Shown in pieces: positions 50,202 through 61,505 of a DNA stretch of 64,000 nt. The position numbers were made by a program, and so were the translations under genes. The stretch lies in the NCBI GenBank assembly GCA_002269645.1, contig NIVC01001690.1:72537-136536 (forward strand), written 5' to 3'. The notes under the pieces were generated by a model. That model had not been told where the DNA came from and searched no databases. It saw only the letters and a program-made list of their open reading frames with translations. This stretch comes from Macrostomum lignano (taxonomy: Eukaryota). Position 1 is the first letter of the stretch, and the number at the start of each line of letters is the position of its first letter.

Positions 50202-51967
50202 GTGCGTTCAAAAAGTTCTTAGACACTCCTCATATCTCTGCATCTGTTCGACCGATTTTGATGAGAATTTATACAAACATAGGTCTATATTTGATGAATT
50301 CAGTGCTAGAGTTTCAGCTTGGTCGTATAGACAGAACAAAGGCAATCGATCATTTACTGACAAACCTACGAATTAGCAATACGATTTTAAGCACATAACA
50401 AAACGTACAAGCTAAAGGCCAAACGGTTCAAGTTGGCAAGTTCCCAAACTTCAAAAATCAGATCACCAATCATGAAAATCTTCGAAGTAATCACCGTTCC
50501 ATTGAATGCACTTGTCATACCGTATCGGCAGCTCTTCGATCCATCCTAACCACGTGTCTCTAGGAGTCGCTCTGACGAGCCCCTCAACAGCCGTTTGCAG
50601 CTCGGGGAAGCTAGCGAACCTCTTGCCTCTCAGCTGCGCCTTGACGTGTCCAAAAAGGCCATAGTCAAACGGTGCCAAATCAGGCGAGTAGGGCGGATGC
50701 TGCCACTGCTGGAATCTGAGGCTGTCGATGTGAGAGCGAGTGAGGGCTGCCGAGTGCGGCCGGGCATTGTCGCAGTGCAGCAGGATGCCTTTGCGCACGA
50801 TCCGACGCCGTTGCAGTAGCTCCTGTCTCAGCCTCGTGAGCTCGTCACAAAACCGCTCGCTGTTCTGTGTCTGGCCCTGGCTGTACCACGTGAACATGAG
50901 GGGCCCGCTCGCATCCCAAAAAACACTTAACATGATCTTCTTGGGATAGGTGCCTGCGCTTTCGACGTCACCGCCGCCGCCGCCCCTCGGAAGCCAGGCC
51001 CTCGACTCCCGCCGGGAGAGTGGGTCGTACAGGGCAAACATGGACTCATCTTGAGTTACAAATCTGCTTTTGAACTCGTCTCCCAGAGCTGAAATTGCCG
51101 CCCTTTCTTGCAAGCAGACTTCGTATCGGCGATTTTTCTGCTCGGCAGTTAGCAGTCTTGGCACCCATCGAGAGACCAGCTTTGACAGACCAAGATGCTC
51201 GTGCAGAATTTGGAAGACCGAGCCACACGAAATCTCGGCGGCATTGGCCAACTCGTCAATAGTGATGTGGCCGTTTTCACTAACCAGCTCTTCGATCAGG
51301 ATGGCACTGCTGTCGTTGACTGCAGTAGCTGGTCGGCCTGAGCGCGGCTTGTCCTGCACGCTCGTTTCGCCGTCCTTTCTCTTCCGGACCCAGTTCGCGA
51401 CGGTTGCTCGACAGCAGGCATCATCTCCAAAACGGCTGACTAATCTCTGGTGGATAGTGTTCACGGACATGCCTTCGTCCGCAAAAGCAAAAACGATCAG
51501 GCGCTGCGAAACTTTATCGCCATATGCACTAGCCATTCTTAAACCGTCCGAGGTTGGTTCTGAAGCTCAGCATTTCAATCTGACGTTCGTTTTGCGCACT
51601 CAGGCAATGCTGCCTACTGCTTCGTTCTATCTGTTTTTTTGTCTATGGCTAAACCCTCGCAGCTTGAAAGTAATGATTAATCAATACTCAGCGAAAGCTT
51701 TTATTCCTCCAAAAACAAGCTGCGATTTCACAACCCCCCCCCCAGTTTAGAGTGAGGTCCAGATCCGATGCTGTTTAAAAATCGTATTGCTAATTTCGTA
51801 GGTTCGTCAGTAAATGATCGATTGCTTTCGTTCTGTCTATACGACCAAGCTGAAACTCTATAGCACTGAATTCATCAAATATAGACCTATGTTTGTATAA
51901 ATTCTCATCAAAATCGGTCGAACAGATGCAGAGATATGAGGGGTGTCTAAGAACTTTTTGAACGCAC
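50202..51967 (-). mobile_element. Full-length mariner element, 1766 bp, ~190-bp TIRs, TA TSD
   Basis: TA at 50200-50201 and 51968-51969. TIRs start GTGCGTTCAAAAAGTTCTTAGACAC and match over ~190 bp with a few differences. Confidence 0.95.
50463..51536 (-). CDS. Mariner DD34D transposase, 357 aa, intact
   Basis: HTH region, WVPRLL, TQDE, HCDNARPH, YSPDLAPFD; 34 residues counted between the second and third Asp. Confidence 0.95.
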   Translation of the reverse strand: MASAYGDKVSQRLIVFAFADEGMSVNTIHQRLVSRFGDDACCRATVANWVRKRKDGETSVQDKPRSGRPATAVNDSSAILIEELVSENGHITIDELANAAEISCGSVFQILHEHLGLSKLVSRWVPRLLTAEQKNRRYEVCLQERAAISALGDEFKSRFVTQDESMFALYDPLSRRESRAWLPRGGGGGDVESAGTYPKKIMLSVFWDASGPLMFTWYSQGQTQNSERFCDELTRLRQELLQRRRIVRKGILLHCDNARPHSAALTRSHIDSLRFQQWQHPPYSPDLAPFDYGLFGHVKAQLRGKRFASFPELQTAVEGLVRATPRDTWLGWIEELPIRYDKCIQWNGDYFEDFHDW

Positions 51968-52686
51968 TAGGTAATACATGACCTGATTGTAACCGGATCG
52001 TAAGTCTACCTGTACGAATATGATCCAGATCTAGATATACAGATGTACACGTAAGTTTTTAACTTTAGGAGCTCATGGTAACTAGGACGAAAGTCTACTA
52101 CCTTGATGGTCTGGTAAACCAAATGTGATTCTACCTCCGGTGATGACTAGGATGTGATTTTACCTCTGTGACAACCTGGTAACCCGGATGTACATGTGAC
52201 TCCAACTGGATTTCTTGCTGGTAACCAGAATGCTAGTCTTACTTTATGATACAGTCACCTCTGTAAGTGTCAAATGAATGTCTCGAATATTAACATGATC
52301 TTTATGACCCCACTAACAGCAGTTAAGTCTGCCTCCAGATTCCCAATGCACTAAGCAAAATTCACTTTAAACTTACCCTAATTTAGGCTTTCAATGGTTC
52401 AGCGTCTCGGAATGTTAATCAGGGTATTAGGTGTGACTATAGATACAGGATTTCAGGAGTTGACAGAATGCCAGAAAAGTGAGAGAAGAAATCGCGTTTT
52501 TTTAAGAACCCTCAAAAAGCTGTTGTTTATATTTTTTCTCCTAACAGCATTAACTTTAGCTCCAGTTTAATGTGTTAAAAAGCCGGACTTGGAAATAACT
52601 TTTAATGCAGAATCAGGTAAAGTGGCTCGCTTGATGAAGAGTAGATAAATAAAGGTAAATATCAACATGAAGTATTATTTGAGTTG

Positions 52687-52726
52687 CCGATGCATTTCGT
52701 CCATTTGCATTAGGACATCGTCAGGG
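52687..52726 (-). ncRNA. Minimal type I hammerhead ribozyme (left arm)
   Basis: Mirror copy of the motif at 53816-53855. Confidence 0.75.
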
Positions 52727-53815
52727 TCTTTTTATTGAGAAACAATTTGAACGAATATTCAGTATATATAGATAGTTGAGAGTAACAAGAGTAGTTGAAT
52801 TGAGTTTTTAATTGATGGTTTAAAACTTGTACATAGTAATCAATTTTTGATACAGTATTGGTTGGGTAAAGTGCATATCAGTTTCAAGCCAGTCCGGTCA
52901 TTGACAAATCAGCTAAAAAATTCTGAGTTGACGGCTAGCCCCACCCATCGCAAGTTGGTTATTTAACGTGGGCTGTTTGGTCTTAATGTACAGGGCTTCT
53001 AATAGGCAGAGCATGTGATCTCTATTACAAAAATCAATAGCCTTTATCATTTCGTGTGGTTCAGCCTCACAACAAGAATTGCAGGTTAGCAGGTGTTCGT
53101 TAATAGCAGAGTTTTTTAGCCAGTGCTCTCTGACCCTCGTGTATAAGTGTCGTTTAGTTTTTCCTATGTAGGAGATGCTCTGGTCCTCAGAGCAAACAAA
53201 TTTATACACGACACCAGCCGCGAGAGGACGTGGAACACTGGATTTCAACTTGCAGACAAACTTGCAGAAAAGATTGCTAAGTTTGTCTGCAAGTTGAAAT
53301 CCAGTGTTCCACGTCCTCTCGCGGCTGGTGTCGTGTATAAATTTGTTTGCTCTGAGGACCAGAGCATCTCCTACATAGGAAAAACTAAACGACACTTATA
53401 CACGAGGGTCAGAGAGCACTGGCTAAAAAACTCTGCTATTAACGAACACCTGCTAACCTGCAATTCTTGTTGTGAGGCTGAACCACACGAAATGATAAAG
53501 GCTATTGATTTTTGTAATAGAGATCACATGCTCTGCCTATTAGAAGCCCTGTACATTAAGACCAAACAGCCCACGTTAAATAACCAACTTGCGATGGGTG
53601 GGGCTAGCCGTCAACTCAGAATTTTTTAGCTGATTTGTCAATGACCGGACTGGCTTGAAACTGATATGCACTTTACCCAACCAATACTGTATCAAAAATT
53701 GATTACTATGTACAAGTTTTAAACCATCAATTAAAAACTCAATTCAACTACTCTTGTTACTCTCAACTATCTATATATACTGAATATTCGTTCAAATTGT
53801 TTCTCAATAAAAAGA

Positions 53816-53855
53816 CCCTGACGATGTCCTAATGCAAATGGACGAAATGCATCGG
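53816..53855 (+). ncRNA. Minimal type I hammerhead ribozyme (right arm)
   Basis: CC-CUGACGA-U-GUCC(10 nt)GGAC-GAAA-UGCA-UC-GG: complete core, 4-bp stem II, palindromic minimal stem III (AUGCAU); predicted cleavage after 53853. Confidence 0.75.
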
Positions 53856-54527
53856 CAACTCAAATAATACTTCATGTTGATATTTACCTTTATTTATTAA
53901 TGCAGAATCTTTTTTATACTAATCCTGCGCCACAAGCAGCAGATAAAGAAGGTCGACCCCTTGGTTTTTGTTTTTTTCTCTGTACTGAAACTCTTAGCCT
54001 TAGCTAGCCTTCTCAGAAAACTGGAAAAATCTCCTTCACGACAGGAATTTATAAGCTTATTAGAAAAGTTTTCCCGGATTTCGAGGAGTCAAAACACTTG
54101 AACAGTAGTACCGGTATGTGTAGAAAAATACAGAGTTAAAAATGGATAACTCTACTTGAAATTAGCATTTGTAGCCAGCAGTAAGAAATGCCAGCCTACA
54201 CACAATTTCAATAGCTCAGTGGGATTAATGCTGCCTTGAACTCACGTGTAACTGCATGCACATGTACATTTACACGTGTACACGTTACAGAGATTTGGCT
54301 AATCTAGGCAATATGGTAATACGATTCCTCATGTGCCCATGCAGGCAATGTTTGCAGACGTTTCCGACATCAGATTGCTGTGCGCCGTGGAAGCTGCCGC
54401 ATATGTACTCTCTGCACAATGTACACTGTACATGTATATGACTTTCGTGCTTTCGATTCCCAGTGTGATCGCCTTGTTTAGCTATAGGCGCATAAGAGCG
54501 GAGCATGTGCCAAGCTACTGGATTGGC

Positions 54528-54849
54528 AATAATAATAATAATAATAATAGTAATAATATAATAATAACAATAATATAATAATAATTGATTACACCTGCCC
54601 CAATTGGGCCAGATGTGCAGCCGACAGCTCAGCCGCAGCTATTGCGCGGCGCATCTGAAGGCTGCGTACGGCTGTTCAGTCCAAGGACCGCGGGTACCCA
54701 TTTTACAGCTGGGTGAACTGAAGCAAGCAGAGTTACATGTGTGTCTTGCTCATGCAAGGACACAAATTGTTCGAGAGGGACCGGGAATCGAACCCCCAAC
54801 CTTCAAGTCGTGAGTCCGACGCTCTTACCACTAGGCTACTACAACCCCC
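54528..54849 (-). mobile_element. tRNA-derived CORE-type SINE, copy 4 (internal deletion)
   Basis: Collinear with copy 1; long (TTA)n tail. Confidence 0.85.
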
Positions 54850-55571
54850 TGTAGTTGAATTTTTATTCAAAAATAATGAAACTTATATATTGAATGTCGT
54901 CGCTGCAAGCCAAGCTGAGATGGATTTGCAGAAAATGATGGAGGCGCGTAGTCTGGAAAGCCTGGTTTGGGTATAAAAACCTCACTAGTTTTGGTCCAGT
55001 GTGAAAGACAAGTCGAGCATAATTTAATTATATTCCAGTGGGGACATTACACGCATACATGTACATTTTTACATGTATGTAAATAAATGTGTACAATTAA
55101 TTAAGTGATGATGTAAGCTGAAGATATCTTTTTTGTTGGACGAACGTTTTGTGACAGTCCGGGCTGTAACGTTCTTCTAAGGCAAGTGAATGCAACATGA
55201 AACGTTTGAATAATTTATTAATCAAGTAATTTAATTAATAAAACTAATTCAAGCGGCCTCTACAGCACTGTTTCGATTGAGAAGAAATTTCTAGTTTTTT
55301 CATCTTACAAAACTGATTTTTTAAATTGATGCATGTACAAGTTTACATTTAATTAACTCTGAGGAACACTAGGAAGACTTCATTATACGAGTAAAATGAC
55401 GTACCCTCTCCAGTCTAGTGTACATGTAGTTCCTTTGATTAACCCATGATCGATGCGTTACATATAATGTTCCAAATTGAATTTTCGTCTGTACTTAAAT
55501 CCGGGGATAGAAAAACAGTGTAAACTTTGCACTATACCCACAGAATTATACATCATTCTGTGCATTATACC

Positions 55572-57254
55572 CAGGGGTGTCGGAACCGGGGGGGGGGAGG
55601 GCACGGGGGGGGCTGGAGCCCCCCCCCCACTTTTTAGCATGATCCTGCAAGTGCCCTTTTTGAATTTTAAGCAAGTGTCGGCCGGTTTTCGGCTTTGGCT
55701 TTTCCGAGTCTTGGAAGCTGAGGGCTGATATAATAGTTAATGTTGTTCTCAATCCCATTCACTACAGTTTTATCTAATGTGCCTAAGCCTAGTGCTTTTA
55801 GTGCAGGGGTCAGCAAACTTTTTACCTCAAGGGCCAGATTAAGAACCTAGCGCGACGCAATGACTGCCCTTTCTGGGTCCGCTTCTCTGGGCCCCCTAAA
55901 CGAAACGCGCCCAGGAGTCCCTGGTGATTGCAGGCAAGAGAAGGGAGAGGATAGGGAATAGAGAAGAGAACTATACGAGTACGAGCGTAGGAGAAAGGAG
56001 AGGCTAAAGAATAAAGGAGAACAGAGTAGACGAGAAGAGAGATAAAATAGAAGAGGGGAGATGAAGGAGGAGAGTCGAGATTTAAGAGAGAGGAGAGATG
56101 GGAGGAAGGGGGAAGAGAATGGAGAGGAAAAGGGAGATGAGAGATGATACGAGCTAAGAGAGGAGAGGAGATGATAAGAGAGGAGAGAGGAGAGAGGAGA
56201 GGAGAGGAGAGGAGAGGAGGAGAAGAGAGGAGAGGAGAGGAGAGGAGAGGAGAGGAGAGGAGAGGAGAGGAGAGAAGAGGAAAGGAGAGGAGAGGAGAGG
56301 AGAGGAGAGAGAGGAGAGGAGAGGAGAGAGGTAAGAAGAATAAAGGAGAGAGGAGAAGAGATAGGTGAGGAGAGGAGAGAGGAGAGGAGATAGGTGAGGA
56401 GAGGAGAGGAGAGGAGATAGCTGACGAGAGGAGAGGAGAGGAGAGGAGATGAGAGGAAAGAGGAGAGAGGAGAGGAGAGAGGAGAGGAGATAGGTGAGGA
56501 GATAAGAGGAGAGAGGAGAGGAGATACATGTAGGTGAGGAGAGGAGATACATGTAGGTGAGGAGAGGAGAGGAAAGGAGAGAGGAGAGAGGTGAGAAGAC
56601 AAAAGGAGAGAGGAGAGGAGATAGGTGAGGAGATGAGAGGAGAGGAGATAATATGAGAAGAGAAAGGTGAGGAAAGAGAGCTGAGAAGTGACAAACATCG
56701 AGTGTGCCGGATCGCTATTGTGAAGATTTAAAGGATCCGAGGGCCGGACAGAGATCAGAGGCTTTGCAGGCCATTTGGCCCTCAGGCCGGAGTTTGCCGA
56801 CCCCTGTTTTTGTGTTTACCATTTCGCTTTGGCGTCTCTGATTGAAATTCCGAGTCCACCGCAATCCCAAAGACTTAAACCGCTGCTGGCGCTGCAACTA
56901 AAATCACTAAAATACCGCCAGCTAAAAGAATAGTCAGCACCAAGAGGAACTAAAGGAGAGAACCAGAAAACTACTGGTCTTGCCCTTGCAGTTTTCATTC
57001 ATTTGAGATATTTACTAAAGAAATTGATAATGCAATTTTCGCAATTAGTTGCGCAATGTTTGAATCAGTTGAATATTTGAACATTTTCAGACTTGTCCAC
57101 TTCCAACACAGAATTGAATATCGGCCTGGTTGTCACAATTTCACAAACTGATATAACAGCAGAAGTTTGGGTGCCCTTAGACTAAAAGAAATTAAGTGCA
57201 ATGTGCCCTCCCACCAATAGCCCCCCCACTTTGAAATATGTTCCGACACCGCTG
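55572..57254. mobile_element. Non-autonomous hAT element, 15-bp TIRs, 8-bp TSD
   Basis: CAGGGGTGTCGGAAC / GTTCCGACACCGCTG (14/15); perfect TSD ATTATACC at 55564-55571 and 57255-57262. Confidence 0.9.
55804..56806. mobile_element. Nested non-autonomous hAT (Charlie-like) element carrying a (GGAGA)n tract
   Basis: TIR CAGGGGTC[A/G]GCAAACT (15/16); TSD TTTTAGTG / TTTTTGTG (7/8). Confidence 0.85.
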
Positions 57255-59428
57255 ATTATACCAGTAAATTTGCATCCAATATGCAGATGCATGTACGTAC
57301 GAATGTACATGCATTATCGTAGCTGACGTTTAACTTCATTTCAGGATCACGTTATCAATTGTTTCGACACATTCTTTTAGTTCTGTAGGTTTAGTTTGCG
57401 GTTTAATCGTTTATATTTTTTATGATTTTGGCAAATTTTAGTTATAACGTCATTTATAGGAAAACTTTTTTTGAACGGCGCAAATTGTTAACATTAAATT
57501 GAAACGTGTAATTTGTCTTTTGTCATTGTTCAACAACATTATCTTTAAGTTTACGAAAATCCAATAGAAAATATGCAGACAGTTTTTTGTCTGTCTCAAT
57601 ATATAAATTCATATATCATGTTTGATGTCCTAGGGTTGCGGTGTGGACAAACCTGGGATACAAATTTGTAGACAAGATGAACATCACTATAATTTTATGT
57701 GATTTTTGGTACAAATGTCATGCTAAAATTTATTTGCACACTTGTGTTGTGTGAGCCATAATTTTGCATTTCATTATATTGTATTTTTGTTGAAATCAAA
57801 ATCATATTTGCTATATATGATAAAATTCTTAAAAATGTATCACTACATACACTAGATTATATTATAGTAGATAGGGACTCAGCTCCAGTGAGATTTTGAA
57901 ATTATATATTTCTACAATTTTTATTTTTTAAATAGATAGATATGAGTGACAGAAGTCCAAAAGGCCTTATTTGTTGAATTTGGTTGAGGAACAAAAAAGT
58001 TATTCAATTTTTTATGAAAAAATATTTTGTCTTTGGGTTTCCTTATGCCTATGGAAAATTTATATTAGGACTGTGTCTATATGATCATTTTGACCAAAAA
58101 AGTGATTTATTTGTGTTCTTAATGCTCTAAATTTTTTGCTGCATACAGTTTTATGACTATGAGCTTGGTATCATTTTTTAGCATTTTCTTGTATATTATT
58201 TTGCATTAGTAGGGGGTCCAGTGAGCCTGTTTTTGGCTTGTGCAGAAGGGAAAAATGGCAAAAAAGTGGTCTTCTTTCTGTGGCTATAACTTTTGAAATA
58301 AGTGACACACTGCAACGATCTTACATTTGTTGGAAAGTAGACAAGTAGATCTTTCAAACAACATATTGCTTGTGTGTGTAGTACATACAACAAGAAAGTT
58401 GCAGACTGTGAAACATGGTGTACATTTTTGTACATTTTTAAAACTGTGCCGAAATTGGAGAAAAATATGGGGTCAGGCAGCTCCAGTTTTCATTGAATGA
58501 GTGCAAAACTATCAAAAATGCATGCACATTGGATTGAGGGATCATTATGCAAACCATTTTGGCTGAAAAATTTTTCCCAAAAAATGTACATGTACATGTA
58601 TATGTACATCGAAAAATTCAAATGGCCATAACTTTTGAATGGAATGAGTCAACTCCCTAATTCTTTTTTCCACTTATTTCTGGTGATAAAAAGAACCTGT
58701 TATGCCAAACAGGATGCTTCTAACCCTTGCCGCAGTGTGCTTACCAGAAATGGGCAAAATACATATAAATCCCCATTAGTAACATGAAAATTGCACTTTT
58801 TTAAAAAATGGAAAGAGTCAACCGCGAGTTTTTTTCACCAAATGGTAGGGACATTGGTCATATATTTTGTCCTAAAAGCGATTTCCACTAGCCCTTGCCG
58901 CACTAGGTGAAAATTCTCAACATTAGTGCAGGCATACATGCAAATACATTACGGAGATAGGAAAATGTACAGCAAGGGGTTGAAAAGATGAAGGGGAATT
59001 GCTGCATGCACTTTTTTGCAAAACAGTATAGTAGGGCCCACTGTACCCTCTATACAATATATACAGCTATATATATGTGGTCAAATGGCTTCATACGAAT
59101 CTGTACATCTAATTCCATACATGGAACATGGGGGTCAAAAGGAAGGCTTCCGCTGGAAGGCTGCTGGATACTGACCCCAGCAAAGCTATCCCAGCAAGCG
59201 ACCCCTGGCATTTGTCTGGTCAACGATGCTAACTTCCTTTCTAATAATTGTTCAGTAAGAAAACTGCTCAACTGATTGGTAAGTACAAGTCTTTATGCAG
59301 AAACATAGAAACTGTACATGCATGATACATACAATGATATATGTACTATATACATTCCCCCTATGCCCCCCTTCCCTCTACCATGCGATGCAGTGCTGGG
59401 CCACAAAGTACTTTAAGAAGGACTTAAG

Positions 59429-60658
59429 CTACTCGTCATTGTCATCGCTATCCAGCACGTGGAGGTCATTGTTCATCCAATCATTGCACAGTGTGTACCG
59501 GTACACATCCTCAGGGCCAGTCTCGTCATGCTTGGGCGCAACCTTGGGATTCACCCGGCCGTTTCTACCGGCAACACACACAGGTAAGTCGCTATTGGTC
59601 AGAATAGTAGTCACGTGACTGCTCTCAGCCAATAGCGACTTACATGTGTGTGTCGCCAATAGAAATGGCCGGGTGATTCCCAAGGTTGCGCATGTATGAG
59701 TCTCGTCGAAGACCATCTCAAAGACCCATGCGAGGACATCACGGCTCGAGCTTGGCACACGGCCCAGCACGTAGCCCTGCGACCAGCACTCCGACCCATC
59801 AGCGTAGCCAAAGCACATTTCAACGCGCTGACCCACAAGGTCTGGCAGGTTCTCAAGTGTCGGCACCAGTGCGGCTTGGGCAGCCTCCGGGGCATCCTCA
59901 GGACTGGAGGCGTCAGAATCAGACTTGGACTCGGAGCTGGAGATACGAGGCCGCTTTGCACCGGCTCGGATGCCAGCACTCCCACGTCCGCGCCCGGTCC
60001 CACGTCTGTGCCCGGTCCCACATCCGCGCCCAGTCCCGCGTCCGCGCCCGGTCCTGCGTCCACGCCCAGTCCCGCGTCCACCTCTGTCGGTGCCCTGAGC
60101 CGGAGGCTGAGCTCCTCGGCCAGAACCCCGGCCCCGTCCACGAGGTCTGGCGGCGCCTGGATGTGCTGATGCAGCTGGGGCCTTTTGTTGCGCTGGCTCC
60201 AGCTTCTTGGCAATGGCAGCCTGGACACGGCTAGTACGGTCGTCAGCAGACTGCACCGAAACAGCCTGCGCAGTGACCTCGTCGACAGGCGCATCGTTCT
60301 GCTTCTCCAGGTGGCCCAGGAAAGCCTGCAGGTTGTCGACGATCCGCCACTCGCAGAGGTCCTCCACGACAGTCCTGACAGTGTTGCGGACAGCTTGTAC
60401 AGGGACGTGGCACTTGAGCACCAGGTCCATGCACGTGGAGATGACCCTGTTGGTGTACTGTTGTCCACCGGTAGGGCGCGGCTCGCGCGTCTGGAGCACA
60501 TGCGTCTGGCCGGCACGGATGTAGTCCTGGAGATACTGGATCTGTTAGGTGTTAGGAATAAGGGTTGGATTCGAAGTGGAAGTTGAATGAATGACACAAA
60601 GAATATTTCTTTTGTCTGTGTCTGTCTGTTTCTCTGTCTGTCTGTCTGTCTATCTGTC

Positions 60659-60689
<31 letters not shown>

Positions 60690-61505
60690 CAATAGCTACA
60701 CATTATTTATATTCAATGCCTCTACGCGACTGTTTGCGGTAGACAACATATCGTGCATCTGGCGCAGTTCGGCCTGAAGGTCGCGGATGCGCTGCACCGC
60801 AGCAGCTTCTGCCTGGGCAACCTGGCGACGCTTCTGAGACTGCTTGGCATCACGCATGGCCAGCAGCACCTGGGTCTTGATCCGCGCATGCTGCCGAGCT
60901 GCTTGCAGTCGGTCCTGAAGATGCCAGACCCGCTGCACCCAGATCTTCCGCAATGGGCGCCGAGAGACCTCGGCACGCAGCTTCCACACAGTCTGCTCTG
61001 AGCTTGCCAGCTGGGCCCGCAGGTCCGCTACAGAAGTTTGGAGGCCAGCCTCTACGCCCTGTTGCTCCTCAGGGGACGTGGCAGCAGCAGCAGCAGCAGA
61101 AGAGGACGCTCGGCCGACTGGTGTGCAAGGAATGGGCAGCGCCTGGGTTGCAGTCGCCATCACTCCACCAGGACAGACGAAAGCAGCCTCCATGAAGCTG
61201 GACCAGGCACTCTTCTTGCCAGCAGCCTCCTCGCGCACCCTTGACCGCTGCAGGTCCCGCAACTTCGCCTTCAGCTTCAGCACCACACGATGGAGAAGCC
61301 TGAGGCCGTCCGAGCTTGTCTCACTTGGCAAATCTATACACTCTGCCAAGGAGTCCCAGATCTCAGTGGTGGGCAACTTTGCGTCCATGGCGGTTTCCAG
61401 GGTGGCAAGCATGAGACCGTTAGTGACCCTGGTCTCCTGCCCTGCCTCAGTCCCCTTGGGCTTGGGCTCAGCCTGAAGCTTAGGCTCAGAATTAGGACTA
61501 GCCAT
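59429..61505 (-). CDS. Element-encoded spliced ORF: coiled coil + helical segment + GR-rich tract + Spindlin/Tudor-like C-terminus; no DDE core seen
   Basis: ORFs 60696-61505 and 59429-60499 can be joined in phase 0 across a (GACA)n intron (acceptor ctaacag|ATC at ~60541; donor ambiguous). Confidence 0.6.
59528..59698. mobile_element. 171-bp palindromic MITE with 9-bp TSD (Mutator-like)
   Basis: ~63-bp imperfect inverted arms around AGTCACGTGACT; AGTCTCGTC duplicated at 59519-59527 and 59699-59707. Confidence 0.8.

Larger units (their letters stand above)
52646..53896. mobile_element. Penelope-like element 3' fragments in inverted (palindromic) arrangement
   Basis: Arms 52646-53263 and 53279-53896 are reverse complements. 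Each encodes a GIY-YIG endonuclease fragment (GVVYKFVC...YIGKTKRHLYTRVREH...LEALYI...LN). Confidence 0.9.
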
